Shown here piece by piece: positions 29,260-38,618 of a stretch of DNA of 64,000 bases. This DNA comes from Clostridia bacterium (GTDB lineage: Bacteria; Bacillota; Clostridia; Christensenellales; UBA1242), in contig JAZUBK010000028.1 of NCBI GenBank assembly GCA_045638465.1, forward strand, positions 40,335 to 104,334. Reading direction: 5' to 3'. The number at the start of each line of letters is the position of its first letter. The stretch's first letter is position 1. The translations under genes and the position numbers were made by a program. The notes below the pieces were generated by a model. That model saw nothing but the letters and a program-made list of their open reading frames with translations. It was not told the DNA's origin and made no database searches.

Positions 29260-29529
29260 TTAAAGAGAATCTTTAAAACTCTTACCAAACTTCAAAGCTG
29301 GAGCTTTGCAAGCTGCGATTTGGATTTTTTCTTTAGTGATAGGGTTGATACCTTCTCTAGCGGCTCTTTCTTTGATTGTGAAAGTTCCGAATCCTGCAAG
29401 TGCTACAGAATCTCCTGCTCTTAGAGCTTCAGCTACTGTGTCTACAAATGCATTGTAAGCAGCTTCTGCTTCTTTGTTTGTAAAGTCTGCTTTTGCAGCG
29501 ATACTTTTGATAAATTCACCTTTGTTCAT
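29260..29529 (-). CDS. hup: HU-family nucleoid-associated DNA-binding protein
   Basis: MNKGEFI..,GFGTF..RAAREGINP.T...I pattern, 89 aa. AAAGGAG RBS. Confidence 0.93.
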   Translation of the reverse strand: MNKGEFIKSIAAKADFTNKEAEAAYNAFVDTVAEALRAGDSVALAGFGTFTIKERAAREGINPITKEKIQIAACKAPALKFGKSFKDSL

Positions 29530-29634
29530 AAATTTTACTCCTTTTTAGGTAATTCCTTTTATCCTTATGGATACTTAATTATAACATATTTTTTAGACTG
29601 CTCCTACTAATTTTGGTCGACTTTTTACATATAT

Positions 29635-29663
29635 TTGACTTTTTGGCCCAAATAAAGCATAAT
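29635..29663 (+). promoter_or_regulatory. promoter for the Smr-like/radC pair
   Basis: TTGACT (29635-40), 17-nt spacer, CATAAT (29658-63). Confidence 0.55.
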
Positions 29664-29679
29664 TTTAGTGGAGATTAAT

Positions 29680-30018
29680 ATGATTTTTACTATAAATATC
29701 AAACAAGAGTTCCCACCTGCAGATGTTGCGGTGGCTAATGCTATAAGAGAAATAGAGGTTCAGCAGCTTTCTGGCAATAAAATAATGAAGATTGTTCACG
29801 GGCACGGCTCTCATGCAAAGGGTGGTCTTATCAAACAAGAATTGCACAAAGCCCTTGCCATACTTAAAAGAAATCATAAGATTAAAGATTTTGTTAAAGG
29901 CGAGAACTTTACCCCAAAAAATCCTTTGTATAATACTATTATACACATTGCTCCAGACCTTATTGTTGATAATGACCTTAGAACAATTAATATGGGCATA
30001 ACTATCGTACTACTTTAG
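29680..30018 (+). CDS. small Smr-domain-like protein
   Basis: KIVHGHGSHAKGGLIKQELHKAL resembles the Smr core (hGkG..vL+..v). Start placed at ATG 29680 (GGAG 6 nt upstream). Confidence 0.55.
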   Translation: MIFTINIKQEFPPADVAVANAIREIEVQQLSGNKIMKIVHGHGSHAKGGLIKQELHKALAILKRNHKIKDFVKGENFTPKNPLYNTIIHIAPDLIVDNDLRTINMGITIVLL

Positions 30019-30027
30019 GAGAGAAAT

Positions 30028-30777
30028 ATGGAAAATAATATTCATAAGGGTCATAGAGAAAGGTTGCGTGAACTTGCACTAAAGGGCGTTCAAAACCTTC
30101 CTGAACATCAAATTTTAGAACTATTACTATCGTATGTCATACCTCAAAAAGATACCAACCCTCTTGCTCATAGTTTGATAAATAAGTTTGGTTCTTTGGC
30201 GGGAGTTTTTGAGGCTACCCCTGCTAAACTAAAACAAGTAAAGGGCATCGGGGACATTGCGGCATCTTTTATTTCTATTTGTTCACAAATTCCACAAATA
30301 TACAAAAATAGTAAAATCAAAGATAAAGTTATTTTAACATCACCAAAACAGGCTATAGAATATTTTAACAATATAATAAGTATTGGCGCTGTGGAAAAAT
30401 TTTATATATCATATCTTAACTCAAAATGCGAAGTTGTCAAATCAGAAAACTTTTCTAACGGCAGTATCTCACAGATTGCTATTGACATTAAAGAGCTTAC
30501 ATACAATATCTTAGAACAAAAAGCAAGTGGTGTTATTATTTGCCACACTCACCCTACAGGCAAAGCTAAGCCTTCTAAAGAAGATATAAATTTTACTAAA
30601 AAACTGACACTTACTTTACAAACAATGGGTATAAGATTGCTTGATCATATTATACTATCAAATGAAGAGCATTTTAGCTTTTTAAACGAGGGGTTTTTGG
30701 ACGAATATAAGTCTGAACTAAAAGAAATACTTGCGGTATCTCTTGCAACATTTGAAACAGAATATAAAAAAGACTAG
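30028..30777 (+). CDS. radC: RadC-family JAB/MPN domain protein
   Basis: HhH-like KGIGDIAA, JAMM motif HTHPTG..PS.ED. AGGAGAG RBS. Confidence 0.9.
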   Translation: MENNIHKGHRERLRELALKGVQNLPEHQILELLLSYVIPQKDTNPLAHSLINKFGSLAGVFEATPAKLKQVKGIGDIAASFISICSQIPQIYKNSKIKDKVILTSPKQAIEYFNNIISIGAVEKFYISYLNSKCEVVKSENFSNGSISQIAIDIKELTYNILEQKASGVIICHTHPTGKAKPSKEDINFTKKLTLTLQTMGIRLLDHIILSNEEHFSFLNEGFLDEYKSELKEILAVSLATFETEYKKD

Positions 30778-30802
30778 CATAATATAACTAGTCTTTTTTT
30801 TG
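30770..30802. terminator. intrinsic terminator between radC and lepB (convergent)
   Basis: AGACTAG/CTAGTCT hairpin plus T-run. Overlaps the radC stop. Confidence 0.7.
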
Positions 30803-30835
30803 TTTTGTATATATCAAAATGTTTAATTTTTTGTT

Positions 30836-31492
30836 TTAAAATATCTTTTTCCAAAAATGTGTTATAAGATTATCTTTATACCCCACAACAAAGGCTACAA
30901 CGCCTTTAATTGACGTTTTTTTGACAGGACCGAACGAAGAGCTGTCGTTACTCATTCCTCGGTTATCACCCAAAACAAAGACCTCGTTTGACTTTAGAGT
31001 TAGCGGTTGATCTTCTGCAATTCCGTTTAGTGTTTTGTACGCCTTCAAACTCTCAAAACAAATACTCATACGTTCTCTCAGTTTAATATAATCTTCTTTT
31101 TGCTTTTTGCCATTGACGTATAGATAATAAAAACCATCTTCGGTATCTTGCTTTATATCTACGGTATCACCACCTGTTGCAACTAACCTTTTTATCAAAA
31201 GTTTTTTCTTGCCGTCCTCGGTTATTTCTACCATTATGACATCGCCACGCTTACCTTTGCCAAATCTATAAACATAAGCTTTGTCTTTAATTTTTGAGTT
31301 TTCGTAAGCGGCCGTTGTAAGCCCCTCTTGAAGGTCATTATTAAAAGTTGGTTGCATAGAAATTCCGACTATTGGAGATTTGTAAAAAAATATATTAAAG
31401 GCAGTTAAAATAACCAGCAAAAAAATAGCAATGCAAAGCATCACTGTAGAAAGTATTTGCCATATTGTTTTTTTGCTCTTTGTTTTTTCCAT
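30836..31492 (-). CDS. lepB: signal peptidase I
   Basis: N-terminal TM, catalytic GISMQPTF (SM.PT), KRLVATGGD, GDNRGMSNDS. Confidence 0.9.
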   Translation of the reverse strand: MEKTKSKKTIWQILSTVMLCIAIFLLVILTAFNIFFYKSPIVGISMQPTFNNDLQEGLTTAAYENSKIKDKAYVYRFGKGKRGDVIMVEITEDGKKKLLIKRLVATGGDTVDIKQDTEDGFYYLYVNGKKQKEDYIKLRERMSICFESLKAYKTLNGIAEDQPLTLKSNEVFVLGDNRGMSNDSSSFGPVKKTSIKGVVAFVVGYKDNLITHFWKKIF

Positions 31493-31493
31493 T

Positions 31494-31652
31494 TTACTTT
31501 CTCATTTTTTTGAATTTTTCGCTATCTACCATTATAATATGCCCACATTTTGTGCATTTAAGCTTAAAATCTGCTCCTATACGCAAAATTTCCCACTCGT
31601 CATTGCCGCAAGGGTGGACTTTTTTGGTTTTTATTTTATTTCCTACTTCCAT
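31494..31652 (-). CDS. DUF951-family small protein (52 aa)
   Basis: HPCGNDEWEILRIGADFKLKCTKCGHIIMV matches the DUF951 pattern. Start at ATG 31652. The stop abuts the lepB start. Confidence 0.7.
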   Translation of the reverse strand: MEVGNKIKTKKVHPCGNDEWEILRIGADFKLKCTKCGHIIMVDSEKFKKMRK

Positions 31653-31770
31653 ATATATGCCTTTTATATTTTTGATTATAACAAAAACGGCTTTTATTTG
31701 CAATATATTTTGCCTTTATATAATATAGGTCAAATAAAAAAGAGCCAAGTTTGTTTGGCTCTTATATATA

Positions 31771-33072
31771 TTATTGTTGAGGTGCTGGGCCATCTTTATC
31801 TAGACGAGTTGTTTTTTCGTCGTCATCTGTATAGCCATCTTCAACACTGATTGTAAATCCGCCGTCTGAAATCATATGACCTTTTGAGTCATATTTTACG
31901 CCGTTGATAACTCTTATTTCATTATCTTCCTTTTCGTTTAATAAGCCGTCAAGATAGCTATCTTCTTCCTCTTCCATCATTTGTCTTTCTCTAGCACCAT
32001 ATACAAGACCTTCTTTTAGATCTTCGTATATGCCACCATATTCATCATAGATTGTATCCCCTCTAAATGGGCTACCATCAGGATAGCAATATAGACCTTT
32101 TTGATTTTTACACAAAGGCATACCGCTGCCATCGTAGGCGTCTGTAGAAGATATAATTACACTTTCGCTTTCGTCTAGTTCTCTCATAAGTTCTAGTTCT
32201 TCTTCTAGTGTTAGTCCAGTCGCTTCGTTAACTGGTGATTTTTTTACTTCTGTTGTTGCAGTGTTTTTGGGAGTTTCTACTTTTTGGGCTGGGGTTTCTA
32301 CTGTAACCGGAGGAATTGGTGCGTTATCCATAATGGTTGCCGCAGGGATTCCAACCAAGAAACCTTCTAACTTTTTGCTTGGCTTTTTAACCGGAGCGCC
32401 TGTTTTGTTTTTGTTTATATATGGAGTAGTTCTCATTTTGTCTATTTGTTCTAGCATAGGTTCAATATCGTGTGTTGAATATCCTTCTGCTTTCATTTGT
32501 GCAAAAACAGTTCTCTTTAAGTGGTGTTTTACTAGTTTAATTTGCTCTTTTGAAAAGTCATCTAAAGTAATTGTGCTGGTAGAAACTTCTTCATCTAGGA
32601 TATGGCCTACTTGTGTTGTTTTGCCGTATGTTGTTGCTTTGTCCACAATAGAAGATGGAGCAACAGGCAAATATGCAGATTTCATATAAGCATAGAAAGG
32701 CTCATAGCCATAGTTTCTAACATAACCATACGCTCTAGCTACACCTCTATCTACGTTATAATTTGTTCTTAGCTCGTCTATTAGTTTACTTCTGTACAAG
32801 TAGTTATAAAAAGCACCTGTAATAGAAAATCTATTTGTTTCGTATTTTGAATTATTTACCGCATATGCATAGTCGTCAGCTTGAATACTGCCACTCAAAA
32901 ACATATTTTTGGCTTTACCCATATTTAGTTGGGTATTGTAAGGGCCTCCTGCGGTTCTTATCGCACTAGAAAGCCATTGATTGATAGGTTTTGTAACCTC
33001 TCTAATGTAAACTCTTGATAAAATGTCAAGTTGTTCCTCTGGACTCAAAGCATCAAGTTTAACTTTACTCAT
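31771..33072 (-). CDS. hypothetical protein (433 aa), Tyr-rich N-terminal half, Pro/Thr linker, acidic C-terminal half
   Basis: Start at ATG 33072 with GGAGGG 4 nt upstream. No signal peptide, TM helix or recognisable family. Confidence 0.7.
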   Translation of the reverse strand: MSKVKLDALSPEEQLDILSRVYIREVTKPINQWLSSAIRTAGGPYNTQLNMGKAKNMFLSGSIQADDYAYAVNNSKYETNRFSITGAFYNYLYRSKLIDELRTNYNVDRGVARAYGYVRNYGYEPFYAYMKSAYLPVAPSSIVDKATTYGKTTQVGHILDEEVSTSTITLDDFSKEQIKLVKHHLKRTVFAQMKAEGYSTHDIEPMLEQIDKMRTTPYINKNKTGAPVKKPSKKLEGFLVGIPAATIMDNAPIPPVTVETPAQKVETPKNTATTEVKKSPVNEATGLTLEEELELMRELDESESVIISSTDAYDGSGMPLCKNQKGLYCYPDGSPFRGDTIYDEYGGIYEDLKEGLVYGARERQMMEEEEDSYLDGLLNEKEDNEIRVINGVKYDSKGHMISDGGFTISVEDGYTDDDEKTTRLDKDGPAPQQ

Positions 33073-33330
33073 ACTTCCCTCCAATTTTTATTGTTAATAT
33101 ATTTTAGCATATATTAATTCTTTTTGCAATATCTAACTCAAAAATCCATATTTTTACACAAAAACTAATAATTTTAGGGTATTTTTGGCTGTTTTTTTTG
33201 TAATATTTTACATACACATACAGGCAAAACATGATATACTATAACATATAGATATAAGAAAAGATGTGGCAAAATAAGGTTGATATATTGAACATATAAA
33301 AAAATATAATATAATAAACTCACATAATAT

Positions 33331-33405
33331 GTTCCCATAGTGTAGTGGATAACACAATGGTCTTCGGAACCATTGAGGAGGGTTCGAGTCCTTCTGGGAA
33401 CACCA
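33331..33405 (+). tRNA. tRNA-Arg (anticodon UCG), CCA encoded
   Basis: GTTCCCA..ATGGT-CTTCGGA-ACCAT..GAGGG-TTCGAGT-CCTTC-TGGGAAC-A-CCA. The cloverleaf pairs, with one G.U in the T stem. Confidence 0.9.
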
Positions 33406-33409
33406 ATAA

Positions 33410-33444
33410 AAAAACGTCTCAAGATATTTTTGAGGCGTTTTTAT
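33410..33444 (+). terminator. intrinsic terminator after tRNA-Arg(UCG)
   Basis: ACGTCTCA/TGAGGCGT hairpin plus T-run. Confidence 0.7.
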
Positions 33445-33453
33445 TTGCAAATA

Positions 33454-34110
33454 TTATTTTACTTCTTTAAATACTGATTTTTTCATACCACAGATTGGGC
33501 ACTTATAATCGTCTGGAAGATCAGCAAAAGAAACTCCTTCAGCTGATTCGTCATATACATATCCGCAGAAAGAACACTCATACTTTTTGCCTTCTTTTAC
33601 TTTTGACTCTTCGGCCACGTAGTGTGGGGCTTTTTCTGGAGCTTTGCCCTTTATTACTTTGTGATAATAACTATAGGTCATTGGAGGGTTGCTATTAAAT
33701 CTTTCACCCTCAACCACTTTGGCAAGGAAAATATCATGAGTGCCACAGTCAATCACGTCAAACACTTCACAAGTCAAATAACCACTGCAATTTTCTTGAA
33801 TTACAGGAAGACCATATTTTTCCTCATATTTAAAAGTGGCAAATTTGTCAGTATCTTTTGAACTAAAGAATCCAAACTTACCAATAACCTTTGGGTTTGT
33901 TTTTTCTGAAATAACAGAAATCGCATATTTTTTTGTTTCTTTTATAGCTTTATTAGTGTAATTGTCTTTGTTCAGGCTTATAGACACCACCATATCATTT
34001 GAAGTGATTTGGCAAAAAGAATTTGCTATACAACCTACATTTTTATTATCGTATTTTGTTGTAACAACATACATTCCGTATGAAATATCATAAAAAACAG
34101 TTTTGTCCAT
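33454..34110 (-). CDS. flavin reductase-like domain fused to C-terminal rubredoxin (high-molecular-weight rubredoxin type)
   Basis: N-terminal flavin-reductase-like fold pattern. C-terminal rubredoxin with CSFCGY...CPICG knuckles. Confidence 0.85.
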   Translation of the reverse strand: MDKTVFYDISYGMYVVTTKYDNKNVGCIANSFCQITSNDMVVSISLNKDNYTNKAIKETKKYAISVISEKTNPKVIGKFGFFSSKDTDKFATFKYEEKYGLPVIQENCSGYLTCEVFDVIDCGTHDIFLAKVVEGERFNSNPPMTYSYYHKVIKGKAPEKAPHYVAEESKVKEGKKYECSFCGYVYDESAEGVSFADLPDDYKCPICGMKKSVFKEVK

Positions 34111-34211
34111 ATATTTCTCCTATACGTTTATTATATTACACAAACGCCCACTGTGTAAAATATTTTTTTATCCCAACCCTTCAAAAAAATATTTTTTGCT
34201 AGTTAATCAGT

Positions 34212-34241
34212 TTTACATACTTTTTCGCTATATGGTATAAT
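34212..34241 (+). promoter_or_regulatory. promoter for the flavoprotein gene
   Basis: TTTACA (34212-17), 18-nt spacer, TGgTATAAT (TATAAT 34236-41). Confidence 0.55.
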
Positions 34242-34281
34242 AAACTTATAATAAAAAACTTATTTTTTAGGGAGGCAAAAT

Positions 34282-34794
34282 ATGAAAATAACAGTTTTAA
34301 ACGGAAGTCCTAGACCAAGCGGAAATACAGCAGCTATGGTAGAAAGTTTCAAAAATGGTGCTGAGTCAAAAGGTCATATAGTCAATATTATAAATATCGG
34401 CAAAATGAAAATTAATGGTTGTATTGCGTGTGAATATTGCCACAATAACGGCAACGGCAAGTGTATACAACAAGATGAGATGCAAAGCCTATATCCATAT
34501 ATAAACGATAGTGATATGTTAGTTATCGCAAGTCCTGTTTATTATTGGTCTTTTAGTGGCCAAACCCAATCTGTTATTACTAGATTTTATTGCCTTGGCA
34601 GACCAAACCCAAGAAAGTACGCTATGATACTTAGCTCTGGATCTCCTGGCGTATATGATGCTCCTATTTCTCAATACAAAGATATTTTAAGTTTCTTTGG
34701 AGCTCAAGATATGGGCATCATCACTGCCTACGGAAGCCAAAATAAATCTGAAGCAAAATTAAAAGAGTGTTTTGACTTTGGCGCAAGTTTATAA
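34282..34794 (+). CDS. NAD(P)H-dependent FMN reductase / flavodoxin-like fold protein
   Basis: MKITVLNGSPRPSGNT start, CIACEYC, SPVYYWS. Confidence 0.8.
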   Translation: MKITVLNGSPRPSGNTAAMVESFKNGAESKGHIVNIINIGKMKINGCIACEYCHNNGNGKCIQQDEMQSLYPYINDSDMLVIASPVYYWSFSGQTQSVITRFYCLGRPNPRKYAMILSSGSPGVYDAPISQYKDILSFFGAQDMGIITAYGSQNKSEAKLKECFDFGASL

Positions 34795-34826
34795 AAAAAA
34801 GGCTAAGCTTTTTTGCTTAGTCTTTT

Positions 34827-35423
34827 TTATTTGTTTTGATTTTTTTGATATAGCATATATATCTTTTTGCAAGAGTAATCATTTCCGATTGAAAAACCAA
34901 GAGAATCTACAAACTCGCTTAGTTTATTAAACTTTTCGGTTTCGCTCAAATCTTTGATGCTATCATACTCTTCTATTTCTACAAAAGATCCATCTAGGCC
35001 TTCTACCGTTCCTGCGATTACTGTTTTTTCGCCGCTTACGTAGAAGTTGTTTTGTTGAGAAAGGGTCATCCAGTTAATTAGCCCTGCATTACTTAGCATC
35101 TTTGCTGCAACGTCAGAGTTGTCTACGATAAGGCTTGTTTTTTCCTCGCCTATTACTTTTCCTTCACTATCTAGTGTTTTCTTTTTGTGGACAAGCATTA
35201 TTTGGTGGGTGTTGGTTGAGGCTTTGTCAAACTCTCTGATTATAATACTACTATCAAGCAGTTGTTTGTAGGTGGCAGTTTTTACTTCTTCTTGGCTTAG
35301 GGTTGTAAAATATTGGTCTTTGCCTGTGAAAGTATCTTTCCAGCTAAATCCCATGCTTTCTAGTTTTGCTAAAATATTTTTGATGTTTTCAAATACTTGA
35401 ACTGTGATTTCGGTTTGTGCCAT
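34827..35423 (-). CDS. CYTH-like (CyaB/ThTPase-fold-like) protein; canonical EXEXK not evident
   Basis: The C-terminal strand GSFVEIEEY and overall size resemble CYTH, but the N-terminus reads TEITVQV rather than ExExK. GGAGG RBS. The CDS is solid and the function call is weak. Confidence 0.4.
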   Translation of the reverse strand: MAQTEITVQVFENIKNILAKLESMGFSWKDTFTGKDQYFTTLSQEEVKTATYKQLLDSSIIIREFDKASTNTHQIMLVHKKKTLDSEGKVIGEEKTSLIVDNSDVAAKMLSNAGLINWMTLSQQNNFYVSGEKTVIAGTVEGLDGSFVEIEEYDSIKDLSETEKFNKLSEFVDSLGFSIGNDYSCKKIYMLYQKNQNK

Positions 35424-35533
35424 AATTTATTCCTCCGATATTTGTTTGCCTAAAAAACTTTTTGTAATCTGTTTTTAACAAACTTAATATTTATGCTATA
35501 ATCATAACATAATCTTGATAAAAGGTAAACTCA

Positions 35534-36097
35534 ATGAAATATAAAAAATATTATGACTTAATAAAAGCCCAAGCCGAAGTTTTTGACAAAACCCAAAACT
35601 GTAATATCGGACAGACTTGGAATTATCATTTATATCCCGTAATTAAAAACGCACTAATCTTGGCCGAAAAGTATGGCGCAGATAAAGAAGTGGTAGAGGT
35701 TGCTGCAATCTTTCACGACTATGCAGACTTGCTTGATTTTGCAAACCGTGATAATCACCACATTATGGGAGCTGAACTTGCCGAAGCTGTTTTGTCCCAA
35801 GATAACTTTTCGCAAGAGTTTATAGACAAAGTAAAACGCTGCATCATAAACCACAGAGCTAGTGTGGTAAAAGAAAAGTTCACTATAGAAGAAGTTTGCG
35901 TTGCAGATGCTGATGCTATGAGCCATTTGGATAGCGTGGTGGAACTTATTTGTTGGAGGGCTTATCTTGGAGAAGATATTATGACCGCAAATAACTTTGT
36001 AAAAAACAAAATCAAAAAAAGTTATGCAAAAATGAGTAAAGAAACTCAACTTTTTGTCAAAGACAAATATGATAGCATAATGAAAATTTTATTTTAA
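35534..36097 (+). CDS. HD-domain phosphohydrolase
   Basis: H...HD (AAIFHDYAD) and downstream His/Asp (INHR, DADAMSH). Confidence 0.7.
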   Translation: MKYKKYYDLIKAQAEVFDKTQNCNIGQTWNYHLYPVIKNALILAEKYGADKEVVEVAAIFHDYADLLDFANRDNHHIMGAELAEAVLSQDNFSQEFIDKVKRCIINHRASVVKEKFTIEEVCVADADAMSHLDSVVELICWRAYLGEDIMTANNFVKNKIKKSYAKMSKETQLFVKDKYDSIMKILF

Positions 36098-36111
36098 CTT
36101 ATGGTGACAAT

Positions 36112-36819
36112 ATGAATCAATTAAAATACACAACCGAAATAACTTTATATAATAGTTATTTTGATAAAAATAACAACCTAACCCCAAAATCTATTTTGAG
36201 TATTTTTCAGGACGTTGCTTCTATACATGCCGAAGAAATAGGAATTGGATATGAGGCTATGTTAAATAAAAATATTTACTGGATACTTAGCCGAATTAAA
36301 TTTGACATAATCTCTATGCCTACTCTAAATCAAAAAGTTATCGTAGAAACTTGGCCTCATGAAAAAGGCAGGATAGACTTTGATAGAGATATGACTATTA
36401 AAAGTTTAGACGGAAAAGTTCTTATAATAGCAACCTCTAAGTGGTGCGTTATTGATACCCTATCTCGAATGCTAAAAAGAACTGACGATATAAACTACAA
36501 TGGGGAGTGTATCTTGGATAAAAACTACGAAGACAAATTCGTTAAAATAACTTTGCCAGATACAACCTTTGAAAATAAGTTTGACCATATAGTTAGATTT
36601 TGTGACTTAGACCATAACGGACATATGAATAACACAAATTACGCAAACCTTGTAACGTCCTGCATAGAAAATCAATTTTTTACACACTTTGAAATAAACT
36701 TTACGCATGAATGTATGCAAGATGACACCATAAGCCTAAACTATACAAAAACCGAAAGTGGCGAATATGTTATAGGCAAAGTAAATGACAATGTTGCATT
36801 TGTGACTTATACAAAATAA
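36112..36819 (+). CDS. acyl-ACP thioesterase
   Basis: Double hot-dog pattern typical of acyl-ACP thioesterases (FQDVASIHAEE.G.., YWILSRIKF.., DLDHNGHMNNTNY). Confidence 0.8.
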   Translation: MNQLKYTTEITLYNSYFDKNNNLTPKSILSIFQDVASIHAEEIGIGYEAMLNKNIYWILSRIKFDIISMPTLNQKVIVETWPHEKGRIDFDRDMTIKSLDGKVLIIATSKWCVIDTLSRMLKRTDDINYNGECILDKNYEDKFVKITLPDTTFENKFDHIVRFCDLDHNGHMNNTNYANLVTSCIENQFFTHFEINFTHECMQDDTISLNYTKTESGEYVIGKVNDNVAFVTYTK

Positions 36820-36832
36820 AAGAGGAACTAAT

Positions 36833-37597
36833 ATGGATAAAAATATACAAACAAAACTGGATAAATTTTTGGAGAGTTTTGAACACAAAAAAGACGTGGT
36901 TGCTGTTTTGGTCTGCGGAAGTTATATAACTGGCCACCCAAACAGCCATAGCGACCTTGATGTTCATTTGATATTAGATGAGCATTGCGATTATAGAGAA
37001 AGAGGCAATCGTATAGTTGATGGGCTTTTGATAGAATATTTTTCTAATACAAAAAGACAACTATTAAAATATTTTGAAGACGATTTTAAAACAATAAGAC
37101 CTATGAGCCAAACGCAATTTGCCACAGGCGAAATTATTTTTGATAAAACTGGTGAAGCAAGAGAGCTAAAAGATATTGCAATCAAACAACTAGATGAAGG
37201 TTTCGAAAAGGTAGATAATACACCTTTCCCACTAGCGCTATATGGAGTATGGGATAGCCTTGATGATTTGCAAGGGCTTATCGAAGATAATAGAGAGGAC
37301 TACGACTTTATTTATTACAACAAACTAAACAATCTACTTGGTTTTATCTTTTGGGATAGAAAGATTCCTTACAATACAAAAACTGTTTTGGGTCATATCT
37401 CAAACCCAATAACTAGACAAAAATATCTATTAAAAGAAATAAAAGACAAATCGCTTTGTGACCTTGTAACAAAAACAATCACAGCCCCAACTAGGGAAGA
37501 AAAACTTGAGGCTTATACCTCTCTTGCAAACGGGCTTTTGAAAAAACATAACTTCGATATTTCTACATTTGCCTTCAAAAGCAAAGAAGATATCTAA
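36833..37597 (+). CDS. nucleotidyltransferase-domain protein (KNTase/ANT-like two-domain architecture)
   Basis: Pol-beta NTase motif CGSYITGHPNSHSDLDVHLIL followed by a helical C-terminal domain. Confidence 0.7.
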   Translation: MDKNIQTKLDKFLESFEHKKDVVAVLVCGSYITGHPNSHSDLDVHLILDEHCDYRERGNRIVDGLLIEYFSNTKRQLLKYFEDDFKTIRPMSQTQFATGEIIFDKTGEARELKDIAIKQLDEGFEKVDNTPFPLALYGVWDSLDDLQGLIEDNREDYDFIYYNKLNNLLGFIFWDRKIPYNTKTVLGHISNPITRQKYLLKEIKDKSLCDLVTKTITAPTREEKLEAYTSLANGLLKKHNFDISTFAFKSKEDI

Positions 37598-37700
37598 ACA
37601 TCTCTATCAAAAGATGGAAAGTTCTATTCCATCTTTTTTTTATAAAATATTAACACAACATATTTATTTGTGATATAATGTGCGTGTAGGAGATTATTAT

Positions 37701-38399
37701 ATGTTAAAAGTTTTAGATGAAGTATTATTAAGTGACGAAGTCTGCAAAGACTTTTATGAAAAATATTCTGATCCAGAGTTTAGATTTTGGCTTATGTCTG
37801 TTTTGCCAGAAGTAGATGAGTGCCGCAAACAAGAACAAGATAATCCTTGGCATATATATGATTGCCTTGAGCATATCTTACACTCTGTAGAAGAAATAAA
37901 TAAACAAACAAAAAATATGCCCGAGCCAAATAGAAGAAAACTTGCTTACACTATGTTTTTGCATGACATAGGAAAACCCGAAAAACATTTGCGTAGATAT
38001 TCTAAACTTTATCGCAGAGAGGTAGATAGCTTTTATAATCACAATATGGCAAGTAAAGATGTTGCTGATAGGGTTTTGGAAAAAGACTTTAGTTTTGATC
38101 ATGCAGATGCAGAGCAAATAAAAATGCTGGTTGAAAAACACGATATCTTTATGTTTGTTACATTGCAAAATGACCACAACCCATATCACAAAGTTTTGAC
38201 ACCTGGATATATCGCAGAGCAAGAAAGCGACCTTGCAAAAGTAGGCAACGGCCAAACATTAATGAGTGAACTTATTATGATAGGTAGAGCTGACAATCTT
38301 GCGCAAAATCCGAAGATGACAAAAGACTCTTTGCATATGTTAGACGTGATGGAAAAGATGCAAACAAAAATGCACTCTCAAACTCCACCTGCACAATAA
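37701..38399 (+). CDS. HD-domain protein (resembles the HD region of CCA-adding/poly(A) polymerase-type enzymes)
   Basis: NPWHIYDCLEHILHSV and FLHDIGKPE. Start at ATG 37701 (AGGAGA 7 nt upstream). Confidence 0.7.
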   Translation: MLKVLDEVLLSDEVCKDFYEKYSDPEFRFWLMSVLPEVDECRKQEQDNPWHIYDCLEHILHSVEEINKQTKNMPEPNRRKLAYTMFLHDIGKPEKHLRRYSKLYRREVDSFYNHNMASKDVADRVLEKDFSFDHADAEQIKMLVEKHDIFMFVTLQNDHNPYHKVLTPGYIAEQESDLAKVGNGQTLMSELIMIGRADNLAQNPKMTKDSLHMLDVMEKMQTKMHSQTPPAQ

Positions 38400-38436
38400 T
38401 AAATTGCAATAAACAATCACAAAACAATCCATAATC

Positions 38437-38465
38437 AAAAGGCTGTTTTTATAGCCTTTTTTTAT
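38437..38465 (+). terminator. intrinsic terminator after the HD gene
   Basis: AAAGGCT/AGCCTTT hairpin plus T-run. Confidence 0.7.
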
Positions 38466-38618
38466 TTGTCTTGAATTAACAATACCTATTGCTACAAGCA
38501 AAAAAATCAAAATATATCACTATTAAAATTTGACGCCTCTGCCCCTAACCGCAGTAAAAATACCCCCTGCCTTTTTGCACCTAAAAAACATCTTTCAACC
38601 CCGCCACCCCACGTTTTT

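Noticed and set aside
29668-30018. The longer Smr ORF start (GTG 29668) and the nested same-strand ORF 29792-30001.
   Set aside because: GTG 29668 overlaps the SD (GGAG 29670-73) that serves ATG 29680. The nested ORF is an out-of-frame shadow.
31431-31850. Plus-strand ORFs 31431-31850 and 31465-31728.
   Set aside because: They are antisense to lepB and the DUF951 gene and lie in an AT-rich intergenic region. Low complexity, no RBS.
33174-33450. ORFs 33174-33422 and 33208-33450 (-), and likewise 52930-53166 (+).
   Set aside because: They run straight through the tRNA-Arg genes and their promoters and terminators.
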